Source of the DNA: Gemmatimonadota bacterium | GTDB lineage: Bacteria > Gemmatimonadota > Gemmatimonadetes > Gemmatimonadales > GWC2-71-9 | Direction of reading: 5' to 3' | NCBI GenBank assembly: GCA_039586365.1 | Contig: JBDHKN010000004.1 | Coordinates: 29,036-93,035, forward strand | Length of the DNA: 64,000 nucleotides | Part shown: positions 48,473 through 58,142 of the stretch, in pieces | Layout of the letters: the number at the start of each line of letters is the position of its first letter | Numbering within the stretch: position 1 is the stretch's first letter | Made by a program: the position numbers and the translations under genes | Notes under the pieces: generated by a model | The model's input: the letters and a program-made list of their open reading frames with translations, nothing else | Database searches by the model: none | Told to the model about the DNA's origin: nothing

Positions 48473-49207
48473 CTAGCCGAACGCAGCCAACTCGGGGCCT
48501 TCCCGCTTTATCACCGCATACTTGCAGCCATCCATCCAGGCGCCGGGGTTGAGGTACCAACGTCGCGGTGCCACCGATTCCAGGGCTGCTTTGTGAGTGT
48601 GTCCCATTACGACGAGGTCCAGGTCGGGTCGCTCCGCCAGTAACTTTCTGGCGTACCTGGCCTGAGCCTCTGCAGCCCTAGCGACTGTCTCCGGACGATC
48701 CCGCCGAGCGCAGGTGAACCGTGAGAAGCGACGTGCCAAGGCGATCCCGAGGTCGGGATGTAACAGGCGGAACAGTCCGGCGGTTACCGGGTGGGAACAG
48801 ACAGCGTGTGTGATGCTGCCGCTCCGGTCCAATTCGGCCAAGCCGTCTCCATGGACGATCCACGCTTTCCAGCCGGCCAGCTCAGTTCGGATCGAGCCGC
48901 GGACGAACTCGGCTCCCAGCTCAGTGTTCCAGAAGCTGGAACCCCAGCGGTCATGGTTCCCGCCAGTCAGGGTCACATGGACGCCCCGCTCGCGTAGCCG
49001 GGAGATGGCAACGAGAGTGTTGAAATAAGCCCGAGGAATCACTGAGCGGTACTCGAACCAGAAATCGAACAGGTCACCGTTGATCAGCAGGTGATCCCCG
49101 ATGTCCGGCACAGCCTCGAGAAAGCGATGGAAGCTATCGCTTACCGATTCCGGTACTTGACCCAGGTGGGCATCAGACACGACAACAGTCGCCGATGGAG
49201 GTGGCAC
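48473..49207 (-). CDS. lpxH: UDP-2,3-diacylglucosamine diphosphatase (LpxH-like)
   Basis: SDAHLG, GDLFDFWFE, GNHD, HGDG, MGHTH, NPGAW. Confidence 0.88.
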   Translation of the reverse strand: MPPPSATVVVSDAHLGQVPESVSDSFHRFLEAVPDIGDHLLINGDLFDFWFEYRSVIPRAYFNTLVAISRLRERGVHVTLTGGNHDRWGSSFWNTELGAEFVRGSIRTELAGWKAWIVHGDGLAELDRSGSITHAVCSHPVTAGLFRLLHPDLGIALARRFSRFTCARRDRPETVARAAEAQARYARKLLAERPDLDLVVMGHTHKAALESVAPRRWYLNPGAWMDGCKYAVIKREGPELAAFG

Positions 49208-49213
49208 GGCGGG

Positions 49214-49286
49214 AGTATACTGGTTCGGCCGCGGGCGACGCAACCTGGTGTCCTGTTTGACTTTTCGTTCGGGAGCACCTTATCTT
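49214..49286. promoter_or_regulatory. Divergent promoters for lpxH (minus) and the BMC locus (plus)
   Basis: Minus TTGCGT-18-TATACT, 6 nt before GTG 49207; plus TTGACT(49257)-18-TATCTT(49281). Confidence 0.5.
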
Positions 49287-49338
49287 GCTCCCGCCATTGG
49301 ATGCCGTGCTCCCATTGTGCTCCCAGCGGAGGGGACTC

Positions 49339-49635
49339 ATGGAAATGTCGTCGGAAAACGCCCTTGGTCTGATTGAAACCAGAGGTCTAGTGGGAAGCAT
49401 CGAGGCCGCCGATGCCATGGTCAAGGCTGCTCCCGTTCGGCTTGTAGGCAAGGAGAAGGTGGGCGGTGGGTATGTGACCGTCATGGTGAGGGGCGATGTC
49501 GGTGCTGTAAAGGCCGCGACCGACGCAGGTGCGGCAGCCGCTGAGCGGGTGGGAGAGTTGGTCTCGGTCCACGTCATCCCGCGGCCTCATCAAGAGCTGG
49601 AGCTGATCCTCCCCCAGCGGTCTGACGGAGCATAG
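49339..49635 (+). CDS. Bacterial microcompartment hexamer shell protein (EutM/PduA/CcmK-like)
   Basis: [48 protein letters not shown]. Confidence 0.97.
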   Translation: MEMSSENALGLIETRGLVGSIEAADAMVKAAPVRLVGKEKVGGGYVTVMVRGDVGAVKAATDAGAAAAERVGELVSVHVIPRPHQELELILPQRSDGA

Positions 49636-49637
49636 CC

Positions 49638-50111
49638 GTGGCCTGGTCCGGCCGGGCGCTCGGGCTGATCGAGACCCGCGGGCTGGTCGGCGCAGTCGAG
49701 GCCGGTGACGCCGGGGTCAAAGCAGCCCACGTCGAGCTTGATGGTCCGGAATACGCCCAGGGGGGTCTGGTAACTGTCTACTTCCAGGGCGACGTAGCTG
49801 CAGTCAAGGCGGCGGTGGATGCGGGAGCGGCGGCGGCCAATCGAGTGGGTCAGTTGATCTCAGTACATGTCATACCGCAGCCCCACGAGGAATTGGACAT
49901 ACTTGCGGGCGACGTCGATGGGGTACTTGATTCGGATCAAGCAACGACCCCACTCACGTCTCGAGTGCCTTCCGATCTGCTGTCCCTGAAAGTAGTGGAG
50001 CTGCGTCGAGCCGCGCGGCGAGTGAAGGGATTTCCCTTGAGAGGCCGCTCGCTCGCTCGAGCAAGCAGGGATGAGATTCTCGCAGGGTTCAGCAGTCTCG
50101 GGTTGCTATAA
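49638..50111 (+). CDS. BMC-H shell protein with C-terminal extension
   Basis: BMC domain followed by linker and LKVVELRRAARR..FPLRGRSLARASRDEI. Confidence 0.92.
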   Translation: MAWSGRALGLIETRGLVGAVEAGDAGVKAAHVELDGPEYAQGGLVTVYFQGDVAAVKAAVDAGAAAANRVGQLISVHVIPQPHEELDILAGDVDGVLDSDQATTPLTSRVPSDLLSLKVVELRRAARRVKGFPLRGRSLARASRDEILAGFSSLGLL

Positions 50112-50139
50112 CCAACTAGGACAGAGCCTGGTCACCGTG

Positions 50140-51657
50140 ATGGACCGCGATCTCAGATCCGTGCAGGAAGCCCGAGATCTCCTAGCGCGGGCTCACGTCG
50201 CTGCACAGGCATTTGCAGCGACCAGCCAGAGTGATGTCGATGCAGTGGTCAGGGCGATGGCCGAAGCGGCCGAGCAGGCTGCAGTGCCACTCGCCAGATC
50301 TGCCATCGGTGAGACCGGGATGGGGCGGTTCGAGGACAAAGTCACCAAGAATCGCTTCAGCGCCGTAACTGTACGAGACTACATTCTGCCACTGAAGACC
50401 TGCGGCGTCATCAAGGAGAACCCCGAGCGCCGGGTCCGTGAATTGGCGGTGCCCATGGGTATTGTCGCGGCACTGATACCCACGACGAACCCGACTTCCA
50501 CTGCGATCTACAAGGCGCTGATAGCGGTCAAGGCCCGTAACAGCGTGGTTTTCTCGCCCCACCCGCGGTCCACTCGCTGTGTCTCCGAGACGGTAGCCAT
50601 CTTGTTGGATGCTGCTCGCAGTGCCGGAGCGCCGGACGACCTAGTGCAAACCATGGCCACGCCGACCGTTGAGGGCACTACTGAGCTGATGAGCCATCCA
50701 CTCACGGCCGTGATTCTGGCGACCGGTGGGAAGGCCATGGTGCGAGCTGCGTACAGCTCCGGGAAGCCGGCCTACGGAGTCGGTCCGGGTAACGTTCCCG
50801 CCATCGTCGAGCGTACGGCTGACGTGGAAAAAGCAGTAGCTGATATCGTGGCCGGAAAAGACTTCGACCACGGTCTGCTGTGCTCAGCCGAGAATTCGCT
50901 GATTTGCGACCGACCGGTACAAGCGCGGGTCCGGTCTGAACTGAGCAATCAGAAGGCGGTCTTCGTGACCGGTCCGGAGAGAGAGCGACTCGAGCGCCTC
51001 ATGAAGGACCCGCGCTCCGGAGGAATCCGTTCTGAGATCGTGGGCCTCGCGGCGACTGAGATCGCACAGCGAGCCGGTATCGACGTGCCCGGTGGTACGC
51101 GAGTCTTGGTCACCGCGTGTTCCTCGGTTGGTCCGCAGGAGTTCTTCTCCCGCGAGAAACTCTCCCCGGTGTTGGCCTTCTATCTCGAGGATGGCTGGGA
51201 AGCCTGCTGCGAGCGCAGCATCGAGCTGCTCCAGTTCGGCGGCATAGGTCATACCCTGGTGATCCACTGCAATGACGAGCAGGTGATCCAGCGCTTCTTC
51301 GAGGAGAAACCCGCCTTCAGGATCCTCGTCAACACGGTGAGTGCTTTGGGTGCGGTAGGAGCGACTACCGGCTTGGCTCCCGCGCTAACACTCGGCCCAG
51401 GCACCTTGGGCGGGTCGTCCACCAGCGACAACATCACTCCGCTCCACCTCATCAATGTCAAACGGCTGGCATACGAGACCGAGCCGTATGTCGCTGTTGA
51501 CGCACCGGAGGCCGCACGGGCGGACCGCCGTATTGGGAGACTGCACCGGCCGTCCGGCCGTCCGCCTGTTCGGGCGCCCACCGAGGCTCAAGTGCGGCGG
51601 GCGGTGGAGGAGTTCTTGAATGATCGTCGTGCCAGGAGGTCCCATGACCCCCGATGA
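50140..51657 (+). CDS. CoA-acylating aldehyde dehydrogenase, BMC-associated
   Basis: DRDLRSVQEAR start, PTTNPTST, ATGG, GVGPGN, catalytic LCSAE, EKLSPVL; C-terminal amphipathic EAQVRRAVEEFL. Confidence 0.93.
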   Translation: MDRDLRSVQEARDLLARAHVAAQAFAATSQSDVDAVVRAMAEAAEQAAVPLARSAIGETGMGRFEDKVTKNRFSAVTVRDYILPLKTCGVIKENPERRVRELAVPMGIVAALIPTTNPTSTAIYKALIAVKARNSVVFSPHPRSTRCVSETVAILLDAARSAGAPDDLVQTMATPTVEGTTELMSHPLTAVILATGGKAMVRAAYSSGKPAYGVGPGNVPAIVERTADVEKAVADIVAGKDFDHGLLCSAENSLICDRPVQARVRSELSNQKAVFVTGPERERLERLMKDPRSGGIRSEIVGLAATEIAQRAGIDVPGGTRVLVTACSSVGPQEFFSREKLSPVLAFYLEDGWEACCERSIELLQFGGIGHTLVIHCNDEQVIQRFFEEKPAFRILVNTVSALGAVGATTGLAPALTLGPGTLGGSSTSDNITPLHLINVKRLAYETEPYVAVDAPEAARADRRIGRLHRPSGRPPVRAPTEAQVRRAVEEFLNDRRARRSHDPR

Positions 51658-52696
51658 AGTCGACGCACTCGCGTCGCGCATCGCTGAACTACTAGCTGGT
51701 CGCTCGTGGGTTCCCGTGACTGTGCGACCGGAGCCACCGGGTCCACCCTGCCCGGGGGCACTGCCAGCCTGGGCGGGTGCGGCACAGCAACTCGGCGATG
51801 TTGCTCCAGTGCCGGGCCGCCGGACCCGTTCGGGCCCGCATCGCCCTGCCTACGACGCCATCACCGCTGCTGCAAGAGGTGCCGCCGCCGGGAGGTCTGC
51901 GGCGCCGATGCCCGGCGGCAAAGACGGGTGGGTGGAGAGTGCGGCGGGTGGCAAAACCGTGACGGTCGGAGTTTCCAACAGGCACATCCACGTTTCTGCC
52001 GCCGACTTCGAGCAGCTGTTTGGGGCCGGTAGTCGGCCGACCCCTGATCGTCCAATTACCCAGCCCGGGCAGTACGCAGCCAAAGAACGAGTTCGGGTGG
52101 TCGGCCCGACCGGAGTATTAGATGGAGTGCGCATCGTGGGGCCAACTCGCCCGCGAACGCAAGTTGAGTTGGCTGTGAGCGACTGCCGTCGCATCGGATT
52201 GGATGCCCCAATCCGAATCTCGGGCCAGCTCCCGGGCAGTGCCCCTGTGCGGCTCGAGGGCGCGGCTGGGTCGGTCGATCTGTCGGAGGGAGCCATCATT
52301 GCCGCTCGCCACCTGCACGTTTCACCCGCCGACATTGTGAAGCTGGGTGTGTCGGATGGTGATCGCGTGTCTCTCGTAGTCGGTACCGGAGACAGGCGAG
52401 CGACGCTGCAAGATGTGCCGGTTAGAGCCGGTGACAAGCACGCCACCGAGCTGCATCTGGATGTTGACGAGGCGATGGCGCTCCAGGCGAAGACCGGTGA
52501 CAAGGCAATCTTACTGGGTCGGGGGCAATGGTCCGCGTCCAAGGTGCGCGAAAACGGGCGGCGCCTGGTTACTGAGCGTGATGTCAGTCGGTTGGCCGCT
52601 GCGGGTGAGACTCTGTGCTATTTCGGGCCCTACCTGGTCACTCCGGCTGCACGTGACAGAGCCAAATCACTGGGGATATGGCGCGAGACCCGGTAA
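51644..52696 (+). CDS. pduL: PduL/EutD-type phosphate acyltransferase with N- and C-terminal extensions
   Basis: VGVSNRHIH, QPGQYAA, R..TQVE, AARHLH, ELHLDVDEA. Confidence 0.92.
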   Translation: MTPDEVDALASRIAELLAGRSWVPVTVRPEPPGPPCPGALPAWAGAAQQLGDVAPVPGRRTRSGPHRPAYDAITAAARGAAAGRSAAPMPGGKDGWVESAAGGKTVTVGVSNRHIHVSAADFEQLFGAGSRPTPDRPITQPGQYAAKERVRVVGPTGVLDGVRIVGPTRPRTQVELAVSDCRRIGLDAPIRISGQLPGSAPVRLEGAAGSVDLSEGAIIAARHLHVSPADIVKLGVSDGDRVSLVVGTGDRRATLQDVPVRAGDKHATELHLDVDEAMALQAKTGDKAILLGRGQWSASKVRENGRRLVTERDVSRLAAAGETLCYFGPYLVTPAARDRAKSLGIWRETR

Positions 52697-53121
52697 CGGT
52701 TGACGGAGTGACCGCGACCGAGTTCCGCGTCCGTTATGCCGAAACCGACCAGATGGGTGTGGCGCACCATGCCAATCATCTAGTCTGGTGTGAACAGGCG
52801 CGGACAGATCACATGCGCGGGCTAGGTGTGAGTTACCGAGGGATCGAGGAACAGGGACTGCTGCTGCCGGTGGTCGACGCTCGGGTGCGCTACCGAGCCC
52901 CCGCTCGGTACGAGGACTTGATTCGAGTCCGTTGTTGGGTACGGGAGATCACACGACGCCAAGTGATCTTCGGCTACGTGGTCGAGAGGGTTGACGATTC
53001 AGTTGTGCTGGCGACAGCCCAGACTTCGCTCGTGGCAGTTGATTCCAATCGCAGGCTGGCCACGATCCCGGAGCACATCCGGAGGAAGCTTGTAACCGTT
53101 GCGGATCCTGTACGCATCTAG
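52678..53121 (+). CDS. YbgC/FadM-type acyl-CoA thioesterase (start may be GTG 52708)
   Basis: RVRYAETDQMGVAHHANHLVW.E.AR, PARYED. Confidence 0.9.
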   Translation: MARDPVTVDGVTATEFRVRYAETDQMGVAHHANHLVWCEQARTDHMRGLGVSYRGIEEQGLLLPVVDARVRYRAPARYEDLIRVRCWVREITRRQVIFGYVVERVDDSVVLATAQTSLVAVDSNRRLATIPEHIRRKLVTVADPVRI

Positions 53122-55129
53122 CCTACTGGTAGCGGTCGTACTGACCGTCACGCTGTTCCCACAAGACGAGGCAGTGGTGAACGCGATCGCCGCCGTTCTC
53201 AGAGCGGAAGACTCGCGTTCATTCGACGCCGCACTCCGCGACGCGATACGCCATCCGGATCCCATGGTGCGACGGCGGGCGGCTCTGGCAATTGGCAGGA
53301 TCGGAGATCCCGCGGGCACACCGTTGCTACTCGAGTTACTCAACGATCCGTCCGCATCCGTGCAGCAGGATGCAGTCTTCGCGCTAGGACTGCTCGGCGA
53401 TCCTTCCGCCTTCGATCGCCTCCGCACACTGGTGGTTCAGGCAGCAGCCGGAGAGCAGGGTGTGCTGCAGGCCGAGGCAGTCACTGCTATTGCGATGATA
53501 GGTGGTCGTGACGCCGCAGTGTTTCTCGCTGAGGTTCTCGTGAGTGGGTCCGGGCGGGTTTCGGGGGCAGAGGAGCCGCCGGTGGTGGTGCTTCAGGCAC
53601 TGCGTGAAGCATGGCGGCTGGCTGGCGCGGTCCCCCTAGCGTCTCTGTTACAGTATGGTAGCTCGGCGGCGGCGGCGGCTCGTGTCGCCGCCGTGTTCTC
53701 GTTGAGCCGCCTGCGGGAGCCCGCGGCTGCGGAGGTGTTCCTCAGAGCCGTCGAGGACAGCAACGCTTACGTTCGATCGCTAGCGGCCCGCGTACTCACC
53801 GCGGGATATGCCGACTCAGCCGGACTGGATCGCACCGGAGTGGCTCGGTGGGTTATCTCTCTCACGGAGGATCCGGATCGACACGTGCGCGTCAATGCGA
53901 TTCGCACGCTGGCTACGTACGGAGATCCTGGTTACGTACCCAGTGTGGCAAGCGCGTTCTCCGATTCCGATCCGAATATCCGGATCCAGGCACTGACTAC
54001 GTTGGGGCAGCTCGGTGGAGCTGAAGCCGTACGAATCTTGGAGCAGCAGGTACCCACCGGGTCGGCGGAACAACGCCGTGTGGCGCTGTTGGGTCTCGCG
54101 CAGGCGGCTCGGGACCGCGCTTTACCATACTGTGCCGCATGGATCCTGCACCCGGACTGGAGGCGGCGAGCCAGCGGAGCGGATGCGCTGGGGCTGGTCG
54201 GCGGGGACACCGCAGCGGTCTGGCTGGAGGACTTGATCCGGGATTCAGACGGGAGGGTGGTGCAACGCGCACTGGCCGCTCTGGTGGGTCTTGATTCTGC
54301 GTACGCACAGGAAGTAGTGAGGCAACTCACTGCTCACGTTGATCCAGTCGTGCGCACGATCGCGGTTACCCACATGATGAAAGACCCGCGGCCGGGCGAC
54401 GTTCCACTTCTGGTCGAGTCCTATGCCCTCGCTATCGAGGATGACGTAAGCGACGCGCGCATAGCGGTTGTGTCGGCATTGGGTGTGCTGGCAGAAACCG
54501 GATTCTCCGTTCGATTGGCTATTGAAGATCAATTCCTGCGCCGCTATCCGCTGAGCGACGACTACCTGGTTCGGCGGGTTGCTGTGGAGCGATTTCCATC
54601 CGCGGCGGCGACCTGGGGTCTCGTGACGCCGATCGAGACCGGCCGCAACATAGACGACTATCGCGACATTGCGCGACGTCTGGTTCTGCCCGCTGAGTTG
54701 GAAGGCAAGTCCCCTGGTCTCGTGATAGAGACGGAACGCGGGCGTGTCGATCTCACCCTGTTTGCAGCGGAGGCGCCGCTCACCGTAGATGTGCTGCTGC
54801 GCCTGGCGGATCAGCACTATTTCGACGGGGGAACTTGGCACCGAGTGGTCGCCAACTTCGTGGTGCAAGACGGCGATCCCCGCGGTGATGGGTGGGGAGG
54901 TCCAGGCTTCTCGGTGCGAGACGAAATTAGCCGGCGGCGCTATGGCAGGGGCACCGTTGGTATGGCGCTCTCAGGCCCGGACACCGGTGGCAGCCAGTTC
55001 TTCGTGACGCTTAGCCCTCAGCCTCATCTTGACGGGACCTATCCTGTCGTGGGACAGGTAGATGGTGGTATGGATGCTGTTGACCGAATCACGCAGGGTG
55101 ACAGAATCCGGACCATACGGCGACGCTGA
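53099..55129 (+). CDS. Secreted HEAT-repeat protein with C-terminal cyclophilin-type PPIase
   Basis: HPDPMVRRRAALAIGRIG-type repeats; APLTV, HRVVANFVVQDGDPRGDGWGGPG, GMALSGPDTGGSQFF. Confidence 0.9.
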   Translation: MRILYASSLLVAVVLTVTLFPQDEAVVNAIAAVLRAEDSRSFDAALRDAIRHPDPMVRRRAALAIGRIGDPAGTPLLLELLNDPSASVQQDAVFALGLLGDPSAFDRLRTLVVQAAAGEQGVLQAEAVTAIAMIGGRDAAVFLAEVLVSGSGRVSGAEEPPVVVLQALREAWRLAGAVPLASLLQYGSSAAAAARVAAVFSLSRLREPAAAEVFLRAVEDSNAYVRSLAARVLTAGYADSAGLDRTGVARWVISLTEDPDRHVRVNAIRTLATYGDPGYVPSVASAFSDSDPNIRIQALTTLGQLGGAEAVRILEQQVPTGSAEQRRVALLGLAQAARDRALPYCAAWILHPDWRRRASGADALGLVGGDTAAVWLEDLIRDSDGRVVQRALAALVGLDSAYAQEVVRQLTAHVDPVVRTIAVTHMMKDPRPGDVPLLVESYALAIEDDVSDARIAVVSALGVLAETGFSVRLAIEDQFLRRYPLSDDYLVRRVAVERFPSAAATWGLVTPIETGRNIDDYRDIARRLVLPAELEGKSPGLVIETERGRVDLTLFAAEAPLTVDVLLRLADQHYFDGGTWHRVVANFVVQDGDPRGDGWGGPGFSVRDEISRRRYGRGTVGMALSGPDTGGSQFFVTLSPQPHLDGTYPVVGQVDGGMDAVDRITQGDRIRTIRRR

Positions 55130-55167
55130 CGCCAGTCGCTGTCCCTTTACTGTCTATTTAAGGTAAT

Positions 55168-55887
55168 ATGTCGCAACCACTTACGCTTCGCCACCTCACC
55201 CGTTTTCCCTATCTTGCGGCTGTTTTCGCGCTGCAACTGTCGGCTTTGAGCTGCCGACCGAGTTTGGGGTTGGTCACGCCGGAACGTATGGAGCTGCTGT
55301 CGAACGAGACCGAGCGGGAGTGGATTGCGGAACTGGTTCCGACTGTAGCAACCCTCTATGACTTGCGGTGGACCTTCCGCACGCAGCAGGGGGCGACCAG
55401 GGGGCGCGCCGCGATTAGGCTGGTACCACCTGATTCAATCAGGTTTGACTACAGGGGTCCCTTCGGTCGGTCCGGTGCTGCGGTGGTAGTGGGCGACAGC
55501 GTAGTCTGGGCGGAACCAGAGGAGGATGTGAGTGAGATCATACCCGTGGCCCCACTGTTTTGGGCGGCAATTGGGGTAGCGAGGCAGGCACCCACGGGGT
55601 CGAATGTGTACGGCTCGGAGGTGGGGTCGGACAGGGTCTGGCAGTACGAAGTCGGAGGGGAAGCCCTGACGTACGTTGTAAGTAAGGACCCGGGACTTAA
55701 ATTGCAGACCGAGATGAGACGCTTGGACCAGATAATAGGCGTGGTGGAGACCGTCTACGACGATTCGACGGGTGCGCCCCAGCAGGCTATAATGACGTTT
55801 CCAGCTACAGCGTCGCAGTTCCTATTCGACTTTCGCAATGTCGAGAAACTTGAGTCCCTGGATCCCGATGTTTGGAAAAGGCCGTAG
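55168..55887 (+). CDS. Hypothetical lipoprotein
   Basis: Lipobox ALSC; beta-rich body (PPDSIRFDYRGPFG). Confidence 0.7.
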   Translation: MSQPLTLRHLTRFPYLAAVFALQLSALSCRPSLGLVTPERMELLSNETEREWIAELVPTVATLYDLRWTFRTQQGATRGRAAIRLVPPDSIRFDYRGPFGRSGAAVVVGDSVVWAEPEEDVSEIIPVAPLFWAAIGVARQAPTGSNVYGSEVGSDRVWQYEVGGEALTYVVSKDPGLKLQTEMRRLDQIIGVVETVYDDSTGAPQQAIMTFPATASQFLFDFRNVEKLESLDPDVWKRP

Positions 55888-56377
55888 CGCTGCGACGATC
55901 GCTGCCGTGACCCTTACGGTCAGTGGCTGCATCTACGGGTTTGCCGGCGGTGGACTCCCCAGTCACATTCGGACGGTTGCCATTCTGCCGTTTGACAACC
56001 AAACCGCTGAGCCGAGCTTGACTCAGGAAGTGTCGGAGGCGATCCGGGAGGCCATGGAGCAACGTCTGGGGCTGCGTGCTGCTTCCGAGGAGACTGCTGA
56101 CGCGGTCGTTCGCGGCAGAGTTTCCCAATACACTCCTGACATCCCGTTGACGTTTCAGAGCGGCAATCAGGCCAGAAGCGTGACCGTAACGCGCCGGCGG
56201 GTACAGATCTCGATTAGCGTGGAGATCTACGACCAAAGGGAGGGTCGCATGCTGTGGCAGCGATCCAGCCTCCAAGTGGATGGCGAGTACGAGCCGCCGG
56301 CTGAGCAGCAGGGCAGGCAGGTGGCATTGGAGAAGCTCGTCAACGACATCGTAGACGGAGCGCAGTCGCAATGGTGA
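55868..56377 (+). CDS. lptE: LptE-like LPS assembly lipoprotein
   Basis: Lipobox VSGC-IYGF, LPSHIRTVAILPFDNQT, ADAVVRG, terminal QW. Confidence 0.75.
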   Translation: MFGKGRSAATIAAVTLTVSGCIYGFAGGGLPSHIRTVAILPFDNQTAEPSLTQEVSEAIREAMEQRLGLRAASEETADAVVRGRVSQYTPDIPLTFQSGNQARSVTVTRRRVQISISVEIYDQREGRMLWQRSSLQVDGEYEPPAEQQGRQVALEKLVNDIVDGAQSQW

Positions 56378-56751
56378 ACCGGCTGCCCGGTCGGTGGCAC
56401 GATCGCCGTGGTAAGTCGCGCTTCGGCTGTCTCTTCACGCTGTTGGCGCTGGCTCTGGGAGCCTACTACGGCATCCCGGCGGGATCGGTGTACGTGCGAT
56501 ACTGGCGGTTTCGGCAGGAGATCAAAACCCAAGCACGGTTGGCACCCAGCATTGACGATGCGACCATTCGGCGGCGACTCAGGCGCATGGCCGAAGACCT
56601 TGGTTTACCCGATGAAGCGAAGCAGGTGTCCATCAGGCGCACGCTGCGACCGCGGGAAATCACGATCAAGAGCGAGTACGAAGAGACGATAAGCCTGCCG
56701 TTCTTCAACTACACCTTCACGCTGGTTCCGGAGGTCAAGAATCCACTCTAG
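56371..56751 (+). CDS. Hypothetical protein with pilin-like N-terminus (DUF4845-like)
   Basis: RRGKSRFGCL followed by a TM helix; 126 aa. Confidence 0.6.
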   Translation: MVNRLPGRWHDRRGKSRFGCLFTLLALALGAYYGIPAGSVYVRYWRFRQEIKTQARLAPSIDDATIRRRLRRMAEDLGLPDEAKQVSIRRTLRPREITIKSEYEETISLPFFNYTFTLVPEVKNPL

Positions 56752-56777
56752 ACGCGACGCGACGCGATAGAGAGAAC

Positions 56778-58097
56778 ATGAAGAAATCGGTTGTGGTTGG
56801 GTTGGTAGCGGTGTTGCTACTTGCTCTGCCCACCAATGTGTGGGCGGCGTACGGCGCCGATGGGCCCGATTTCGCACGGCTGTTTTGGGTTCTCGCCATT
56901 ATGCTACTCGCTGGGAAGTTCTCCGGCGAACTCGCGGAACGGATGGGTCAGCCAGCCGTCCTTGGTGAGCTGCTTGCGGGAGCGATCCTGGGCGGGAGCC
57001 TCTTGGGAATCATTCCGACCGTTGCCGAAGACGCGCTCACACCGGTAGTCGAGGTGCTCGCAGAGATAGGCGTGGTCATTCTGCTGTTTGAGATCGGATT
57101 ACAGACTGATCTCAAGGCGATGGCACGGGTGGGAAAGGGTGCGGCCGCAATCGCCGTTGTCGGCGTGGTGCTGCCCATGATCGGTGGCATCTTCTTTTGG
57201 CTCTCTCCACTGGCGAACCATGCGTATGGGCTGGTCGGGGTGAGCATGACCGCAGTCTTCATCGGGGCTACGCTGACGGCGACGTCGGTGGGAATTACAG
57301 CGAGAGTGCTGCAGGACCTGCGGGTAATGCACTGCGTGGAGTCGAGGCTCATCATCGGTGCTGCGGTGATCGACGACATCCTGGGTCTCGTACTCCTCGG
57401 CCTGGTCTCGACGCTGGCGGCCGGAGGGGCGGTAACCGTCCTGAGCGTGGGCAAATCACTGGCCGTAGCTGTTGGCTTTCTGGTTGTTGCGGTAGGTGTT
57501 GGACTCAGGGTGGCGCCGATGCTGTTTGATCTACTGAACCGCATGCGGGTTCGGGGCATGCTCCTGGTGACGGCGTTTTCGTTCTTGCTGATCGTTGCCG
57601 CGCTAGCTGATCAGCTCGGGTCGGCGATGATCGTGGGAGCTTTCGCTGCTGGCCTAATCCTGTCGGGCACCAATCAGTTCGACCTCATCGAGGAGAGAAT
57701 CAAGCGAGTAGCTGACATCTTCACGCCGATTTTCTTCCTGAGCATCGGTGCGAAGTTCGACGTGGGGCTGCTCAACCCGTTCGTGTCCGACAACCTGCCG
57801 GTGTTGGGAATGGGGTTGGCGCTTTTCTTCATCGCCATTGTCGGCAAGGTAGCAGCCGGCTGGGCAGTACCGTGGCGGCGGTTCAATCGTGTGGCGGTTG
57901 GGGTGGGTATGATTCCCCGTGGTGAGGTCGGATTGATATTCGCCAACATGGGTCTGGTCATGGGTGTTTTGAGTACCGAACTCTTTGGTTCTATCATCAT
58001 CATGGTGATCGGTACGACCTTCGTTGCTCCACCGTTCCTGAAAGTGGCATTTGGGAGGGGTGGTGTGACAGTGTCGGACGGAACGGCTCCTCTATGA
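56778..58097 (+). CDS. Cation:proton antiporter (CPA2/NapA type)
   Basis: GQPAVLGEL, LFEIGL, ATSVGIT, AAVIDD, GMIPRGEVG. Confidence 0.93.
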   Translation: MKKSVVVGLVAVLLLALPTNVWAAYGADGPDFARLFWVLAIMLLAGKFSGELAERMGQPAVLGELLAGAILGGSLLGIIPTVAEDALTPVVEVLAEIGVVILLFEIGLQTDLKAMARVGKGAAAIAVVGVVLPMIGGIFFWLSPLANHAYGLVGVSMTAVFIGATLTATSVGITARVLQDLRVMHCVESRLIIGAAVIDDILGLVLLGLVSTLAAGGAVTVLSVGKSLAVAVGFLVVAVGVGLRVAPMLFDLLNRMRVRGMLLVTAFSFLLIVAALADQLGSAMIVGAFAAGLILSGTNQFDLIEERIKRVADIFTPIFFLSIGAKFDVGLLNPFVSDNLPVLGMGLALFFIAIVGKVAAGWAVPWRRFNRVAVGVGMIPRGEVGLIFANMGLVMGVLSTELFGSIIIMVIGTTFVAPPFLKVAFGRGGVTVSDGTAPL

Positions 58098-58142
58098 AAT
58101 ATGGCGGAACACACTTAGGAATACGCTTTTCAGAGGCACTGC

